DNA from: Somniosus microcephalus
Taxonomy: Eukaryota
DNA length: 64,000 bases
Direction: 5' to 3'
NCBI GenBank assembly: GCA_052327205.1
Contig: CM126212.1
Coordinates: 201,004,001-201,068,000, forward strand
Positions 1 through 13,764 of this stretch are shown one piece after another; the first letter of the stretch is position 1; each line of letters begins with the position of its first letter. The notes under the pieces were generated by a model. The model had not been told where the DNA came from. It saw only the letters and a list, made by a program, of their open reading frames with translations, and did no database searches. The translations under genes and the position numbers were made by a program.

Positions 1-1027
1 ACTTGGCTCTGAGGGGAAACTTTGGAAAAGTGAAGGCTTTGAACAATTCCTTATTATGTAAATCACAAAATTAATATTGACCTTTATTTCTCCTATTTTG
101 AAAGCCAACTTGTTTGTATCAAATTAACAGAAAAAGTATTTGGTTAAGATGCTGGAGCTTATCTGGAGGTTCGTCCTACAAGATGGTTGTCACTGAGAGA
201 ACCTTGAATAACAGAATGTTCTTTCCTATGTCATTCTTTCAGGACCCTCCATGGTTGCTCCTCAGTAGTTCCAACCTAATATTTTTCTATTTCACTTGTT
301 TTACTTCTTTGAGTCATCACAGAGAAATCATTGCTTCCTTTTTCTTGTGGCTTAAGATGAGTAAATATTGCTTTTACCAGGGCTAGTCGTTTTTTTGGAA
401 CTCGCTCTTCTTGCATAGTTCTTACATACCCTCCTTGTCCAGTTTCCCTTCATTTTAGTCAGTGATACTAAATTTGTGGCAGTAACCTCTGACTAGCCTC
501 CTTTCTGTGGCAATGTTATTGTTGGATTTTTTTTGTATTCTTTGGCATGACAGCACAGTGCTTCGGAGTGTGATATTTATGATGTTAATAGTTTTGGAAC
601 TTATTTTTACTGAGTGTTGACTAAAGAAAAAATCTTATGCTTCAATTACTGTGACCATACTTCTGCAGCACTGGCATTGTTTGCACATTGGTGCAAATGC
701 AAAGCACTCAGACTCCTATTCATGCTCAAACCCCTCTTGTACTACTGTTGAATTTTATGCTGAGAACTAACAAGACTATTATTTTTTTTAATCAAAAATA
801 AGAAAGGTGGTCTCCTGCATTCCCAAATTTTAAATAAAAGGCACCATCCCCTTGGCTCCGTTTATAAAGTGCTTACCTGGTCAAAAAGACTCCTTGAACT
901 TTCTTAAATAGGATTTGACACTGCACTGGTGTTATATTCTATCAAGTGTCAAATTCGAGCTGTGTGAGACAGGCACCGCCAAAGAGTCTCACACTGCTGT
1001 AGTCCAGAGGCAGACCAGGGAATAATT

Positions 1028-1775
1028 GGCCCGTAATTTCCGATAGGAGGCTTCCTGCGTGCGGATGCCTCCTATCGGAAAAAAATCTACGCACTTATCC
1101 GAGGGCTCCCGAGGTCCGGACACTTCCGCTCCTGGGCCTCTCCACAGTCGAAATGCGCAGGACCCACATATCCCAGGGGCGCATGCAGTTCGCAAGCGTC
1201 CTGGGATCACATGGGTCAGGCAAGCCAATAGGAGAAGGGAATCTCCCTTCATACTTTTGACAGATAGACCTGTCAAAAGTATGAATGGAGATCACCCCAA
1301 AAAACATTAAAACATTAAATAATTTTTTTAAAAACCATCACGTTTTTAAAATAAGTTAAAATTACATTAAATTAAATATTTGAAACAAAAATTTAATTTT
1401 TTGAAAAAAATAATTAAAGTTTTTTTACGGGACTAAAAATAAACTTATCTTTTTTCAAAGTATTTTTAAATTATAAATGAGTGAAAAAATTGGGTTTTTT
1501 TAACTTTTAAACTCTTATGCTGGTAAAAGCGGGCCTTACGCCTGCTTTTACCAGGCGTAAGATTTCTAAGGGTTTTCAGCGGGCGGAGGTTGTGCAGAAA
1601 GCGGAACTCTCCACCGCAGAGGCCCTTCTCTAGGGCAGGTGTCCGATCTGTCAAGAGCATTCTTGACAGTTCCCAAATGCCAGTTTTCAGCGCATGCACT
1701 TCGCATGCCTGAAACTGGCATTTCTGATGTCCCTACGGGTGTGTACACACACGTAGGGATCGGAATATATGGGCC
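1028..1775. mobile_element. Non-autonomous DNA transposon (Harbinger-type MITE)
   Basis: Terminal inverted repeats GGCCCGTAATTTCCGAT and ATCGGAATATATGGGCC. AT-rich core, GC-rich arms and several internal hairpins. TSD not cleanly resolved. Confidence 0.8.
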
Positions 1776-2777
1776 AATGTCAGTTGCATTATATTACACC
1801 TTTGTCAGCAGCACAAGAAAAATCTCTGTGTAGTGCCGATATCAACAAGAACAGAATTAGTAATAGCAGTGTCTCAAAACCTTTCTTTCACAGAGACATT
1901 TAAGGTGTAGTGACACTGCCACTTTTGCTAAGGAATCAGGTCCCAAGCACTTTATAAACTTAAGACAAAGTTTTGAGAAGTTGGGAACTCCGGCCTATGC
2001 TCTCAAAATATTTTATTTACTGTGGGAGAGAAGAGCTCTTTGTATATGTATGCGCACAAGTGCAGAGTTCACTCCCGGCTCCGAGAGTTTGATGAGGAGC
2101 CATGTGGTATGGAACAGGTATGGCTGAGTTGGAATTGATTCTGGAGCTACCTGTCTCAGACCTGTGGCTACAGTACTAATGCAGGCCAAAACTACCAGAA
2201 ATATAGGTCAGCAGATTATTGGGTATACGTCGCATCATTTTAGATTTTAATGAGTGTACAAATATAAAATATAACTCTGCATTGCCAGGTCTAAACACTC
2301 CCACAAATAAGCGTGCTTTTCTTTATAAAAGCAGCAACATTGGGCAAAATTTGATTGCGATTCTGCTAAAAATACAGCCCAGAGCATGTTTTTTTTTGTT
2401 TGACCTGCTTAACTTCAAACCCTTTTAAAGTTCAACTATTAACCAAACGTTAAAACAATCCTCCGCCATACAAAAGAAATGCTGTGTAGTTATTTTCTGG
2501 AAAAAAACTTGGTTTTAATACTACAATATAACTTTCTTACAGGCCTGTAAAAGAGAGGGAAGTTCATTATTCTGGAATTGTTTACTTTTATTAATTCAAC
2601 CTCAGCCACCGCCGAAGAAAGAACTCATTTTGCCAAGAGCTGGGGGGCCAATCAGTTGTCTCATTTGCCACTTTCACTTTCCTGGAGGCAAAATAGATCT
2701 AAAAGTTTGGCCTGTTGTTATCATCACATGACTAGGTCAGATTTTACTAATCCGTTTCCCAACTGGCAGAAATAACC

Positions 2778-3487
2778 GGGGATGAAATTGGGTTTGGGGC
2801 GATAGCCTTTAAAAGTTTGAAAAATTAGCGCCAGGCACTATGTTTTTCAAACTTTAAAAAAATTTGGTTTCCTCACACCAAGAGGGAGGTGGATCGCTAA
2901 ATCAAGCGCTCCACTTCTCTCTTGGAGTGTGATTGGCAGCAGGCGGGGCGGTGTATTCTACAGCCGCGTTGGAAGGCTGCTTCCCTCCCTTAAAGGGAAG
3001 GGCCATCACTGCAGGCTCTGCAAAAGAAAGGGCACCTACCTGGACCACCAAGGGAGCGGCGAACCTGAGCGATCAGCCCGGCACCCACTCAGAGTGCCGG
3101 GCTGATCGATCTCGGGCAGGAACCCGCAAAAAAAAGGATCAAAAAAGGTAAGTTTTTTTTTACTTACCTCGGCCACCTCGCCTTTAAGCATCGCCCCCGA
3201 AGTGGCCAGTCGCCCAATGCATGTCCCCTGAAGCTGGCATTGTTTTTGCCTGGCGATGTTTCAGGGGGTGGAAATTAATTTCGGGTCCGGGACGATGCGC
3301 AGCCAGATGATGTCACGATCTCTGGCCGCAGGCGAGCATGGCGATAAGGGTTACTGCCGCCGCAAACCAGCAGGCGAATTTCGCAGGTGGTGGTAACATC
3401 GCCGCGCCCAGGTGTTAAGACCTTAGTGTCCATTATCACCCTCTGGAGGCGATAATGGCAGGTGCTAAGGCATCAAATTTCTAGCCC
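2778..3487. mobile_element. Harbinger-type MITE
   Basis: Ends GGGGATGAAATTG and AAATTTCTAGCCC. GC/CpG-rich body with TTAGCGCC and CCTTAAAGGG motifs shared with the elements at 4131 and 62596. Confidence 0.72.
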
Positions 3488-3843
3488 ATAGACTTTAAAA
3501 CTGGTGCTCAGCCAACCAGCAATGGCTTTTATACAACACAAATCCTGGCCCCAAAAATTACTGTGTGTTGGTGAGGGCAGAGGAAAACAAGTCAATGTCT
3601 AAGAGAAAGACAAAATAACAACAAATAAAGGATAAAATAGAGGGCACATGGGAAAGAGAAATGAAAGTGATGTTATATATATTACTGTACTAAACTTACT
3701 CCTAATATTTCAATATTATTATAATTGAAGTAATTGTTGAGCTCCTCAAAGTGTGAGGTAAACTGTTTAAAAATAAAGTACCACCAGACAAGGAGGTAGA
3801 AAATTGCCTTAAGATAATGGTAATGTAAGGATTCAATTATTGT

Positions 3844-5024
3844 GCCAGCTGTGGCTCAGTTGGTACTTTGGCTCCCTTGCCTGAGTCATGAAGGTTGTGG
3901 GTTCAAGTCCCACTCCAGAGATTTGAGCACAAAAATCTAGGCTGATACCCCTCAGTGTAGTACTGCACTGTCGGACATGCCGTCTTTCAGATGAGATGTT
4001 ATACCGAGGCCCTGTCTGCTTTTGCAAGTGGACATAAAAGACCCAATGGCATTATTTGAAGAAGAGCAGGGGAGTTATTCCCGGTGTCCTGGCCAATATT
4101 TATCCCTCAATCAACGTCACTAAAACATATCGGGGACAAAATTGGGTCGCGCCCCCTTTGGGGCGCTACCTTCGCCGGGGCGCTAAAAGTAGCGCCCTGA
4201 AAAAGTTAGCACACCCGCGCTCGAAATTCACTGGTAGCACACCAAGAGGGAGGCGCCCCTCCTCCCTCTTGGGGTGCTACGAGTGAATATCGCGACGCTA
4301 TGTGCCACAGCGTCATGCGCTGCGGTACTGCAGGCCTTCCTCCCCTTAATAAAGGGGAGGGGCCTTGCGCAGCACAACCCGGGGCCCAGCTGGGCCACCA
4401 GGGATCGGCGTGCCGGCAAAAGAGCCCAGCACTCAAGAGGAATGCCGGGCTCACGGAGCGCAGCCGGCACCCCGCGGGGAGGGGCTTCACAGGAGACCAG
4501 GGACAGCAACGGGGGCAGGTGCTGGCAGGCGGCCAGCAACAAAAATGGCCGCCCGGCACCTCCCCTTTAATTTACGCCGCCCCGGCCGCAAGTAGGCCCC
4601 CTGACCCTGTCGGACATGGCGTCTGGCGGTAAGTCAGAAGGTGCTACTGAAGATCGCGGCCGAAGCGCAAGTGGGGTGCTGCGCACGGCGATGACGTCAT
4701 CGCCGGAGGCGCAGCACCACGGGGCACTAATGGCTACCACCGCCGCTAACCTCCCGCTGAATTTCACAGGAGGCATTAGCGCCACCGCGCCTGGACGCGC
4801 CTTGCTTTGGGCGCTAACGGGAGGTGCAAATCAACCAAATTTTTCCCCCCTTATCTGGTCATTATCACATTGCTGTTTGTGCGAGCTTGCTGTGTGCAAA
4901 TTGGCTGCTGCATTTCCTACATTACAACAGTGACAACACTTCAAAAAGTACTTCATTGGCTGTAAAGTGCTTTGGGACGTCCGGTGGTCGTGAAAGCCGC
5001 TATATAAATGCAAGACTTTCTTTT
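3844..5024 (+). mobile_element. tRNA-derived Deu-domain SINE (SacSINE1-like), split by a MITE
   Basis: A box TGGCTCAGTTGG, B box GGTTCAAGTCC, and L2-like tail GCTATATAAATGCAAG. Collinear with the copies at 13200, 37343 and 41444 once 4131-4850 is removed. Confidence 0.88.
4131..4850. mobile_element. Harbinger-type MITE nested in a SINE
   Basis: Imperfect TIRs CGGGGACAAAATTGGGT and ACCAAATTTTTCCCCCC. Interrupts the SINE between AAAACATAT and TTATCTGGTCATT. Very GC/CpG-rich. Confidence 0.85.
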
Positions 5025-5494
5025 ATTGAACAAGGTTAATGCTTATATATAATAAGGCTTGTAATTAAGCTGATAGAGTCTTGAAGTGTATTTAATTGTT
5101 ATAAAAACTATCTAGCTGTGCAAGAATTATACTCCATATACTGTTCTGAGATCCGATATTTGTTTGAATGCATAGTGATTGAATAGACCGGAGTTATACT
5201 GTCCACCCTCTCTGCTAAAGCTTTGGTGTTGTGAAAACTGCAGCTGGCTTTGTGCACATTCTCAGAACAGGGACATGATGATGCTTGCATGTCTGAATGT
5301 TCATGTATGTATCTGCTGGGGGTGTTGCAAAGGTAGAAAGGAATGAGGCTGTTAAAAGATTTAAAGATGAGAATTTTGAAATCAATGTGCTGAGTGATGG
5401 GAAACACTGTAGGTCAACAAGAATTGCGGAGGTATGTGAGTTGCACATTCACATTCAACTGTGAAGGGCATCGCAGGAAAGCCCTTCTGAAAGC

Positions 5495-5705
5495 TTTTAC
5501 TTGTAGGGCATCACTAGATAACAATCAGGAGTAGGAATTATGGCTAATTAAAAATGTTCCCTCTCTCTAGATCAGAACTCTGTACTGCCCTTATTGCCTT
5601 GTCGCTGGGATCAGCTAACGCACAGACTTAGCATCGAACTTGGAATTGCCTGGCTTGTATGGCTCGGTACGATACCTGTGATGGATTTACCCACTGAACC
5701 ATCAG
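5495..5705 (-). mobile_element. Old tRNA-like SINE, second family
   Basis: Reverse complement begins CTGATGGTTCAGTGGGTAAAT...AGTTCGATGC...TTAGCTGATCCCAGC. Similar to 9555-9725 and 52288-52475. Confidence 0.55.
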
Positions 5706-7552
5706 CAAACTTCAGGTTTCACTTTGAAAGGCATCCCCCAGAATTAGGGTTGTTTTTCATGTTTTTTTAAATGTTACAGTAAAGTGTTTGTTTCCAAAAT
5801 TTCAAGTTCAAACACAATTCTTTGACTAGATATTTTGTTCTTCCAGCAGAGGTAAAACTCTGCCGCAGGACTGTAGTGTTTCATAAAACCTGTATTTTGA
5901 TATAGAATGGCTACATTTTCATGTGCTTAGTTTTGATGCTTCGAGCAATACTCACTTACAAAAGTAAGCTGTGCGGTATTTCCCAAGTGCCTGCCTCTCA
6001 CACAGCCAGAAGTTCTCCCATCTGTTCTTCTTAAAACTCTTTTGCTCCAGGCCTTTTTCTGTTTCAATCAGAAGGCCATCTTCTCTTTCTCATCCCCTGT
6101 AGTACAGAACCTGATTACTAGCGATTGGAAGCTTGACACTGTGTAAGCTGTGCCCCCCCACACACACATCACCCACCACCTCCCCCCCTCCCCCCACCCT
6201 CACCCCCCCGACCTGATCTAATCTTAATGCTAGGCCTGACAAGGCAACATGAAGAACTGTGAATCTTACTGAAATAAAATGGAAGTTGCTGAATGAAGCT
6301 TAATCATTACTTTCAAAGCCACAATAAGAAGTGTCGGAAAACCTTTTTCATCAGTTTGTCAGCTCAGGATAAGATGGGTCAAAAGGTCAGTGCATCACTA
6401 AAATATTTTGTGTCATTTGTTCAGGGTACCATCAAGATGAAAATATGTGTCTGTGTTCCATTCCTCAAAAAGTGAAAATTCCTAATTTAAAATATTAATC
6501 ATCTTTTAGCAGTCTGAGGGTCATTTAGGGAAAATACTTTTTCAATACTAAAATATCTAACTGGGAGGGGGGGGAATAAATTACTGGGCTCAGCAAAAAG
6601 ATTATTTTTCTAATTTCTTTCGCTTTTAATCTTCTTTTCATGTAATGTCTCTTCTAAAATCTTCCATCCTTAGAATTATAAGTGGATCATACCCCAAAGA
6701 CTGGAAACTATTTAATCAGACCAAAACGCTCAGTGCACATGCCAACCAATCAGAAGACAAGTCATTCTATTTAACAACTTGTGAGCTTGTAAGAATCGCT
6801 TTCTGTGAGGAGCTTCATTGTGGAATTATTTAATCAAAGAGTGGCCTGGTAACAAATGTTCTAAAGAAAAATGTACATGTAACACATCACATCTTTTAGA
6901 AAACTTCCTTTGAGGCAGCTCAGTAAAAAATGTTATTGTGGGGCAGTGCAGCTAGGGACAATGTCACTGCAATAATGGGTCGTATGAACCACCTGGTATT
7001 CAATCTGAGTCCCAAGAATCCTAGAATAGAATTATTCTCAAAAGTTAGTTTTTTATAGTGTTAATTATACAAAAAGGCACAATGTGTGATACAAAGATGA
7101 TAACAAAAATGGATTTTATTGCTGCACTTATTTTGTCTCAAAAGCTTACTTGAACTTGACTAAATTTACCATTTTACTTACTTTGAATAGTTTTGATTTT
7201 TCTGGCCAAACTAAGGCAACTTGTTAAAATCTGACTATGCTGTAAGTTAAAAATGGTACAATGGCAAAATTTACTGTTGATTCATAAAATCAGGATTCTT
7301 CCTGTTTCTTCCCCGAATTTTCTCCTCTCCTTTCCTGAAAGTGGTGGCAGATACTGGGATACGGTTCTAGAGAGGCCGCCAGCCCTCTTGCACATTGCCC
7401 ATGTGGCCAGTGTGAACCTAGAGAGTGAGGGCTGAAATTTCACAGGGCTCTTCTGATTGTCCACCGTAACTTCAGCGGAAGGGCCATGGAAATCTTGGAA
7501 AAAATTACGTAATCGCTGTTTATGCTGTTTTTCCAGGTTTTCTGTGGCCCTT

Positions 7553-9430
7553 AGAGTCATAGTCATAGAGTTATACAGCACAGAAAGAAGCCCTTCAGCT
7601 CATCGTGTCCACGCCGGCCATCAAGCCCTGTCTATTCTAATCCCATTTTCCAGCACTTGGTCCGTAGCCTTGTATGCTATGGCATTTCAAGTGCTCATCT
7701 AAATGCTTCTTGAATGTTGTGAGGGTTCCTGCCTCTACCACCCTTTCAGGCAGTAAGTTCCAGATTCCAACCACCCTCTGGGTGAAAAACTTTTTCCTCA
7801 AATCCCCTCTAAACCTCCTACCCCGTACCTTGAAACTATGCCCCCTGGTTATTGACCCCTCTACTAAGGGGAAAAGTTCATTTCTATCTACCCTATCTAT
7901 GCCTCTCATAATTTTGTACACCTCAATCAGGTCCCCGCTCAGCCTTCTCTGCTCTAAGGAAAACAATACCAGCCTGTCCAGTCTCTCTTCATAGCTGAAG
8001 CACTCCAGCCCAGGTAACATCCTGGTGAATCTCCTCTGCACGCTCTCCAATGCAATCACATCCTTCCTATAGTGTGGCGACCAGAACTGCACACAGTATT
8101 CCAGCTGTGGACTAACTAACGTTTTGTACAGCTCCATCATATCCTCCCTGCTCTTGCCTTCATTAGCCGAGGCATAGAATATAAGTATCCCATATGCCTT
8201 TTTAACCACCTTATCTACCTGTCCTGCTGCCTTCAGGGATCTATGTACATGCACACCAAGGTCCCTCTGATCCTCTGTCCTTCCTAGGGTCCTACCATTC
8301 ATTGTGTATTCCCTTGCCTTGTTAGTCCTCCCAAAATGCATCACCTCACACTTTTCAGGGTTAAATTCCATTTGCCACTGTTCTGCCCATCTGACCAACC
8401 CATCAATATTGTCCTGTAGCCTAAGGCTTCCCTCCTCGCTATTTACCACTCCACCAATTGTTGTGTCATCTGCAAACTTACTGATCATACCTCCTACATT
8501 CATATCTAAAACATTAATGTACACTACAAATAGCAAAGGACCCAGCACCGATCCCTGCGGTACACCACTGGACACAGGCTTCCAGTCACAAAAACAACCT
8601 TCAACCATCACCCTCTGCCTCCTGCCACTAAGCCAATTTTGGATGCAATGTGCCAAATTGCCCTGGATCCCATGGGCTCTTACCTTCTTGACCAGTCTCC
8701 CAGGTGGGACTTTGTCATAGCCTTACTGAAGTCCATGTAGACTACATCAACTGCACTACCCTCATCCACACACCTAGTCACCCCCTCGAAAAATTCAATC
8801 AAATTGGTTAGACATGATCTCCCCCTGACAAAGCCATGCTGACTATCCTTGATTAATCCTTGCCTCTCCAAGTGGAGATTAATTCTGTCCGTCAGAATTT
8901 TTTCCAATAATTTCCCTACCACTGATGTTAGGCTCACTGGCCTGTAATTCCCTGGTTTTTCCCTACTATCCTTCTTGAATAATGGTACTACGTTAGCTGT
9001 TCTCCAGTCCTCTGGCACCTCCCCTGTGGCCAGAGAGGTTCTGAAAATTTGTGTCAGAGCCCCTGCAATCTCCTCCCCTGCCTCATACAGCAGCCTGGAA
9101 TACATCTCGTCTGGGCCTGGGGATTTATCCACTTTTAAGCCCACCAAAACCGTTAGTACCTCCTCCCTCTCAATGCTAATTTGTTCAAGTATATCACAAT
9201 CCCCCTGCCTGATTTCTATGTCTACATCGTCTTTCTCCATAGTGAACAGAGATGCAAAATATTCAATTAAAACCTCACCTACATCTTCCGGCTCTACACA
9301 CTGATTGCCACTTTGGTTCCTAATGGACCCTACTCTTTCCCTGGTTATCCTCTTGCCCTTAATATACTTATAAAACACCTTGGGATTTTCCTTTATTTTG
9401 CCCACCAGTGTTTTTTCATGCCCCCTCTTC
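7553..9430 (-). mobile_element. CR1 LINE, 5'-truncated, reverse transcriptase nearly intact
   Basis: ORFs 8680-9405 and 7637-8656 join across one frameshift near 8718. Motifs PGNYRPVSLTS, YMDFSKA, GVPQGSVLGP and KFADDT. Short-repeat 3' tail CTATGACTATGACTCT. Confidence 0.95.
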
Positions 9431-9554
9431 TATTGAAGTTATGGTGGCCGAGCAGGAGAACCCCCATGGAAATTCACCCTTCCAGGCTGTTTGACTATAG
9501 AAAGCATCAGAACGGAGGCTGGTCTTCTTCACTCTTACACACTTTCCAATGGGG

Positions 9555-9725
9555 GTCACTGGATAGCAATCAGAAGTGGGGCACCTGGTTGCATTTAATT
9601 TTTCCTATGTATAGGACAAGAGCACGGAGGTGTTTTTTACTACCATCTAAGGCAACATCAGCCAATTTAGCATGGACCAGATATCAAACCTAACTTAAGG
9701 GTGCATTTGCCTAATGAGCCATTGA
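9555..9725 (-). mobile_element. Degenerate old SINE, same family as 5495-5705
   Basis: Shares TCACTGGATAGCAATCAGAAGTGGG and the terminal TTTGCCTAATGAGCCATTG block. Confidence 0.4.
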
Positions 9726-12084
9726 AGGAACCATAGAGATATGTGATAATATATGGTTATAATATTTTTCTAATGTGGACACTTGTTAATGAGAATCTGA
9801 GAATTGTTTGGAGTCTGTTTAGAAATTTAGCCAGACATACAATTCACTATCCTTTTGGACCAATTTGACCACAACATTTTGTTTTTAACTTGATTGATTG
9901 AAATCAGTGGGTAATTCAGTATATATTTCGAAAGGCATTAAATCAAGACTTGCATTGTACTTTGTTTCTTCATTTTTATATTTTTGGCATGCAATTGTTT
10001 CCAATTCTATTCCCTTTTGATGTATTTTTAATCCGTTGCTTACCAGCTTGTCATTCTTTGGTTTATATTAAAGAGATTTTAAGTCTTTAATTTGAATTAA
10101 ACATACCAGCTGTATTACCAAAATATCATTTACAGATGCAGACAGGATATTAATTGCATAACAAAGCACATTACATCATATTTCCAGGAGATGCATTGCA
10201 GCCTCCTGAATAAACAGGAGAAAATAATTCATCATCAATGTTCTGAGCTGAAAGGTCTCTGGAGTTGTTCTTTGTTAGTCGCAGGACAGATTCAAATGCG
10301 CATTAATGGATAGGTAAAGTAGAATGTTAAGATTCCATGATATGGATCTAGTAATGGAGGGTTATTCTGATTTCTGCTTCATAACAATGATGATTCTTGT
10401 TAATGAGAATGGTTCAATGCAAAGACCATTACTGTTAGTTTAATAGAGATCACTCCAACATTGAGTTGAGCCTGTAGGGATAAAAAATGAATTGCTGTCT
10501 GTTATACATAATAGATATCATACTTGGGCCATTTACAGTGGATACAGGGTATTTTATTATTGTTCATGTAAATAAAATGAAAGTGAAAGTTTACCTTCAT
10601 TGTGATTGAACTGAAATGCTATTACTCAGTAAATATGTATTTTGTTTTTACTTTTACTATTGCCCATTCTGGAGTGGGTATGTAAATCAATCTTTTTAGT
10701 TAAACCCACTCAATCATAGCAGCTCCTTCTTGAAACATTACAGTGTGAATGGTCATTAGAAAGTTTCTATTGCATGTAAATTAAATGAGAACAACTATAA
10801 TTTAAAAATCAATCGTAAACAAGTGGAAAAATCTCTGCGTGACATTCTGAGTTATGAACCTTTACCTCCAGTAGATATTATGACACCCTCAGTAAACCAT
10901 CAATGATTAAAAAGTAGATTTAGCACTCGTACTTACCTAACAGTAGATCAACGTGTAACTTACTGACACATTTTTGGCTCCTGTACAGATTTTGCTAAAG
11001 GCAAAGTTAATTATTAATGTGTTTTCCTGATTTATGCCCGCGTTCCTTCTTTTAATAAAACCTCTTTTTAATTTACCTTAAACACCCTTAAAATATGCAG
11101 TTCTTCTCATTATTTATATATTTATACACTGAAGTGTGTTCCAAAAATAGTTTTATAACAGATTAGTTAATAGTAAAAGACTAAGATAAATGCTACTTAT
11201 ACAAAAAAAGATGGCATTTATTACAAGAAATATAAACATTTCAAGTTTATTAAACACATAAGCTATGTAAATGTAAAATAATTTAGGTTTTAAAAAAAAA
11301 GTATTTTATAAGCAGGTAGCCCAGACAAGTAGGGTTATGCCAACTTATACAATAAATGGTCTATATGGTGGTTTGTGTTTGATATTTGGCACATTACCAA
11401 GCCGCCACCCTAACTTTTATTAAAGTATCAGTACAAAAGTAATCTAATTTTATTTTTTAATTCACCCAGTCCTTATGTATATCTGCCTTACGTAAGATTT
11501 TTTTTTAATGGCCCAGATTCCCAACCAAAATTTAAAATTTGTAATTTTAGTTATCAAAAGTACATATGATTCCTGGTAGTTTACAGAGAATAAACCATTC
11601 ATACCAAAGGTGACATAACTCACTTGTACCTGCGATGACCCTGAGTTATGCAGCCGGTACTAATTGGTTCAGTTTTAATACATCACCTCCTGAAAGTGTA
11701 TCACCACAATTGTTCTATTATTCAATTCTAAATTATATCACAAATGTAAGTCAATCTGTATGTCTTTATTGATTTATACATTTTCTAAACATTTCCCATT
11801 ACACTACAAAGGATTGAGCAACTTTAAAATATTGACCTCATAAATACTTTGGTATTTACATTTAATATTGTAGTATTGCTGACTGAAAACTGGCTATAAA
11901 ACCAAGAACTGGAGGCCAGTAAATTTATTCTCAAACTGTTTTTACAGAAAAAAGTATTTTTGCAGAGTCGTGCACATATCAAAAGCACATCCTGTACTGA
12001 CTGCCATGAGCTCTGCCAATTCCTAGGAACATACAAAATAGGCTGGAAGGAAAAGATGAGCAATCTTCATTTTGCATATCAGAT

Positions 12085-12700
12085 GTGCCAGAGACTGCCC
12101 CACACCTCATGGCTGAAACATCCTGACTAGACACTCCCCCCCCCCCCCGCCCCCCCCCCCACCCCACCCTGCCCCCAACCCCACAACCATGTAATCTCCT
12201 GGGAGAGGCAAATACAGAGAAAAAAAAACTCTGGAAAATTCCTCTACAACCCCCTCAGGTGGTAGAAACCAGTCCAGAAGATCACATGGATCAAGTGTTG
12301 TCTATAAAGACACTTACCTTCAAGGGGCAGAGATTGCATCATATGAAGAACTGGTCCAGCTCCCTCTTGAAGGCATGCAAAGAGTCTGTGTATAATAACA
12401 CCGAGATCTTTTTCTCTCTCAACCTCTATCAGTATTGTTCCCTGCAAATGATACCTGTATTCTGTGTTGGCCAGACCAACATGCCTGACACTATTTATCC
12501 AAGTTAAATGCAATTTGCCATTACGTGGACCACTGCCCAGGTGCATCTAAATCTTTTTGCTTTTGATTGCACTCCTCCACTGTGTGAACCTTTGCACAGA
12601 TTTTGGTGTCATCTGCAAACTTACTGACCATACTTCCAAAACTACTGTCCAGATCATTAATAAAGACGGTGAATAGTAGCAGGCCTAGAACTGCCACCAA
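12085..12700 (-). mobile_element. Old CR1 fragments (RT remnant and 3' UTR)
   Basis: Minus strand gives KFADDTK (about 12601-12622) and VEREKDLGVIIH. 12185-12290 resembles a CR1 3' UTR. Confidence 0.6.
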
Positions 12701-13199
12701 GTTCCAGTTTCAGAAATTCCTAGGAGTAATGACATATACACTCCACCGACTGCATGATATATTTGGAAATGTCACAGTCATTACTTTGGATACCATAATC
12801 ATTATTTTTCATTGGCAATAATTATGTTGGAATAAAGTAACCTCAGAACTTTTATCACCTAATCCTGTTTGTTGTAGAGAGTTATGCCATACGAACTAGT
12901 CTGATAAAATATCTAATTAACACTGCAACTTATTACTTGGATTTTTGCAATGCATACTGAGAATAATGGTGAGTTGTCCTGATAACCTCCTGTTCTAAAA
13001 CAATAAATAAGCTGTTGTCATGGGACACACAATTAAAGTAAAATACTTACTTTGGGGAGATGATTATCAACTAACTTCAGTGCTTATATTTAAAACAAAT
13101 AAAATTTACCTGAAAATGTTAATGTTACCTGCATCTAGTGGAAATTGTTGCACATATTAGACGTTCTCCGAGTATAAGCTCTGAATTTAAGCTCCGACT

Positions 13200-13643
13200 G
13201 TCAGCTGTGGCTCAGTGGTTAGCACAGTCACCTCTGAGTCAGAAGGTTGTGGGTTCAGGTCCCACTCCAGGAACTTGAGCACAAAAATCTAGGCTGACAC
13301 TGCAGTAGGAGCGCTGCACTGTCGAGGTGCTGTCTTTCAGATGAGATATTAAACTGAGGCCCAGTTTGCTCTCTCAAGTGGACGTAAAAGATTCCATGGC
13401 ACTATTTTGAAGAAGACCAGGGGCGTTGTCCCCAGTGTCCAGGCAAATATTTTGTCCCTCAAACAACATCACAAAAAAAACAGATTATCTGGTCATTATC
13501 ACTGCTGTTTGTGGGAGCTTGCTGTGCACGAATTGGCTACTGCGTTTCCTATATTACAACAGTGACTATACTTCAAAAAGTACTTAATTGTCTGTAAAGC
13601 GCTTTCGGACGTCCAGTGCTCGTGCAAGTCTTTCTTTCTTTCT
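13200..13643 (+). mobile_element. SacSINE1-like tRNA/Deu SINE, full length
   Basis: A box TGGCTCAGTGG, B box GGTTCAGGTCC, Deu core and (CTTT)n tail. Confidence 0.9.
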
Positions 13644-13764
13644 TAAGCCTGTATTCAAGCTACAAAGTTGTAAAGCACATAGCACAACCTCTATCCAATG
13701 GGAGGAGAACAGAGCAAATCTGTCTATTAACTGTCATACATTTATGACAACAATCATTTGTTTT

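Noticed and set aside
180-630. Possible minus-strand exon or pseudogene (acceptor-like TTTTCTTTAG at 621-630, A-rich strand)
   Set aside because: The frames I translated hit stops within tens of codons and resemble no protein I recognise, including PHF2.
4056-4933. Cluster of overlapping 70-117 aa ORFs
   Set aside because: A by-product of a GC-rich MITE and SINE. No recognisable domain or splice structure.
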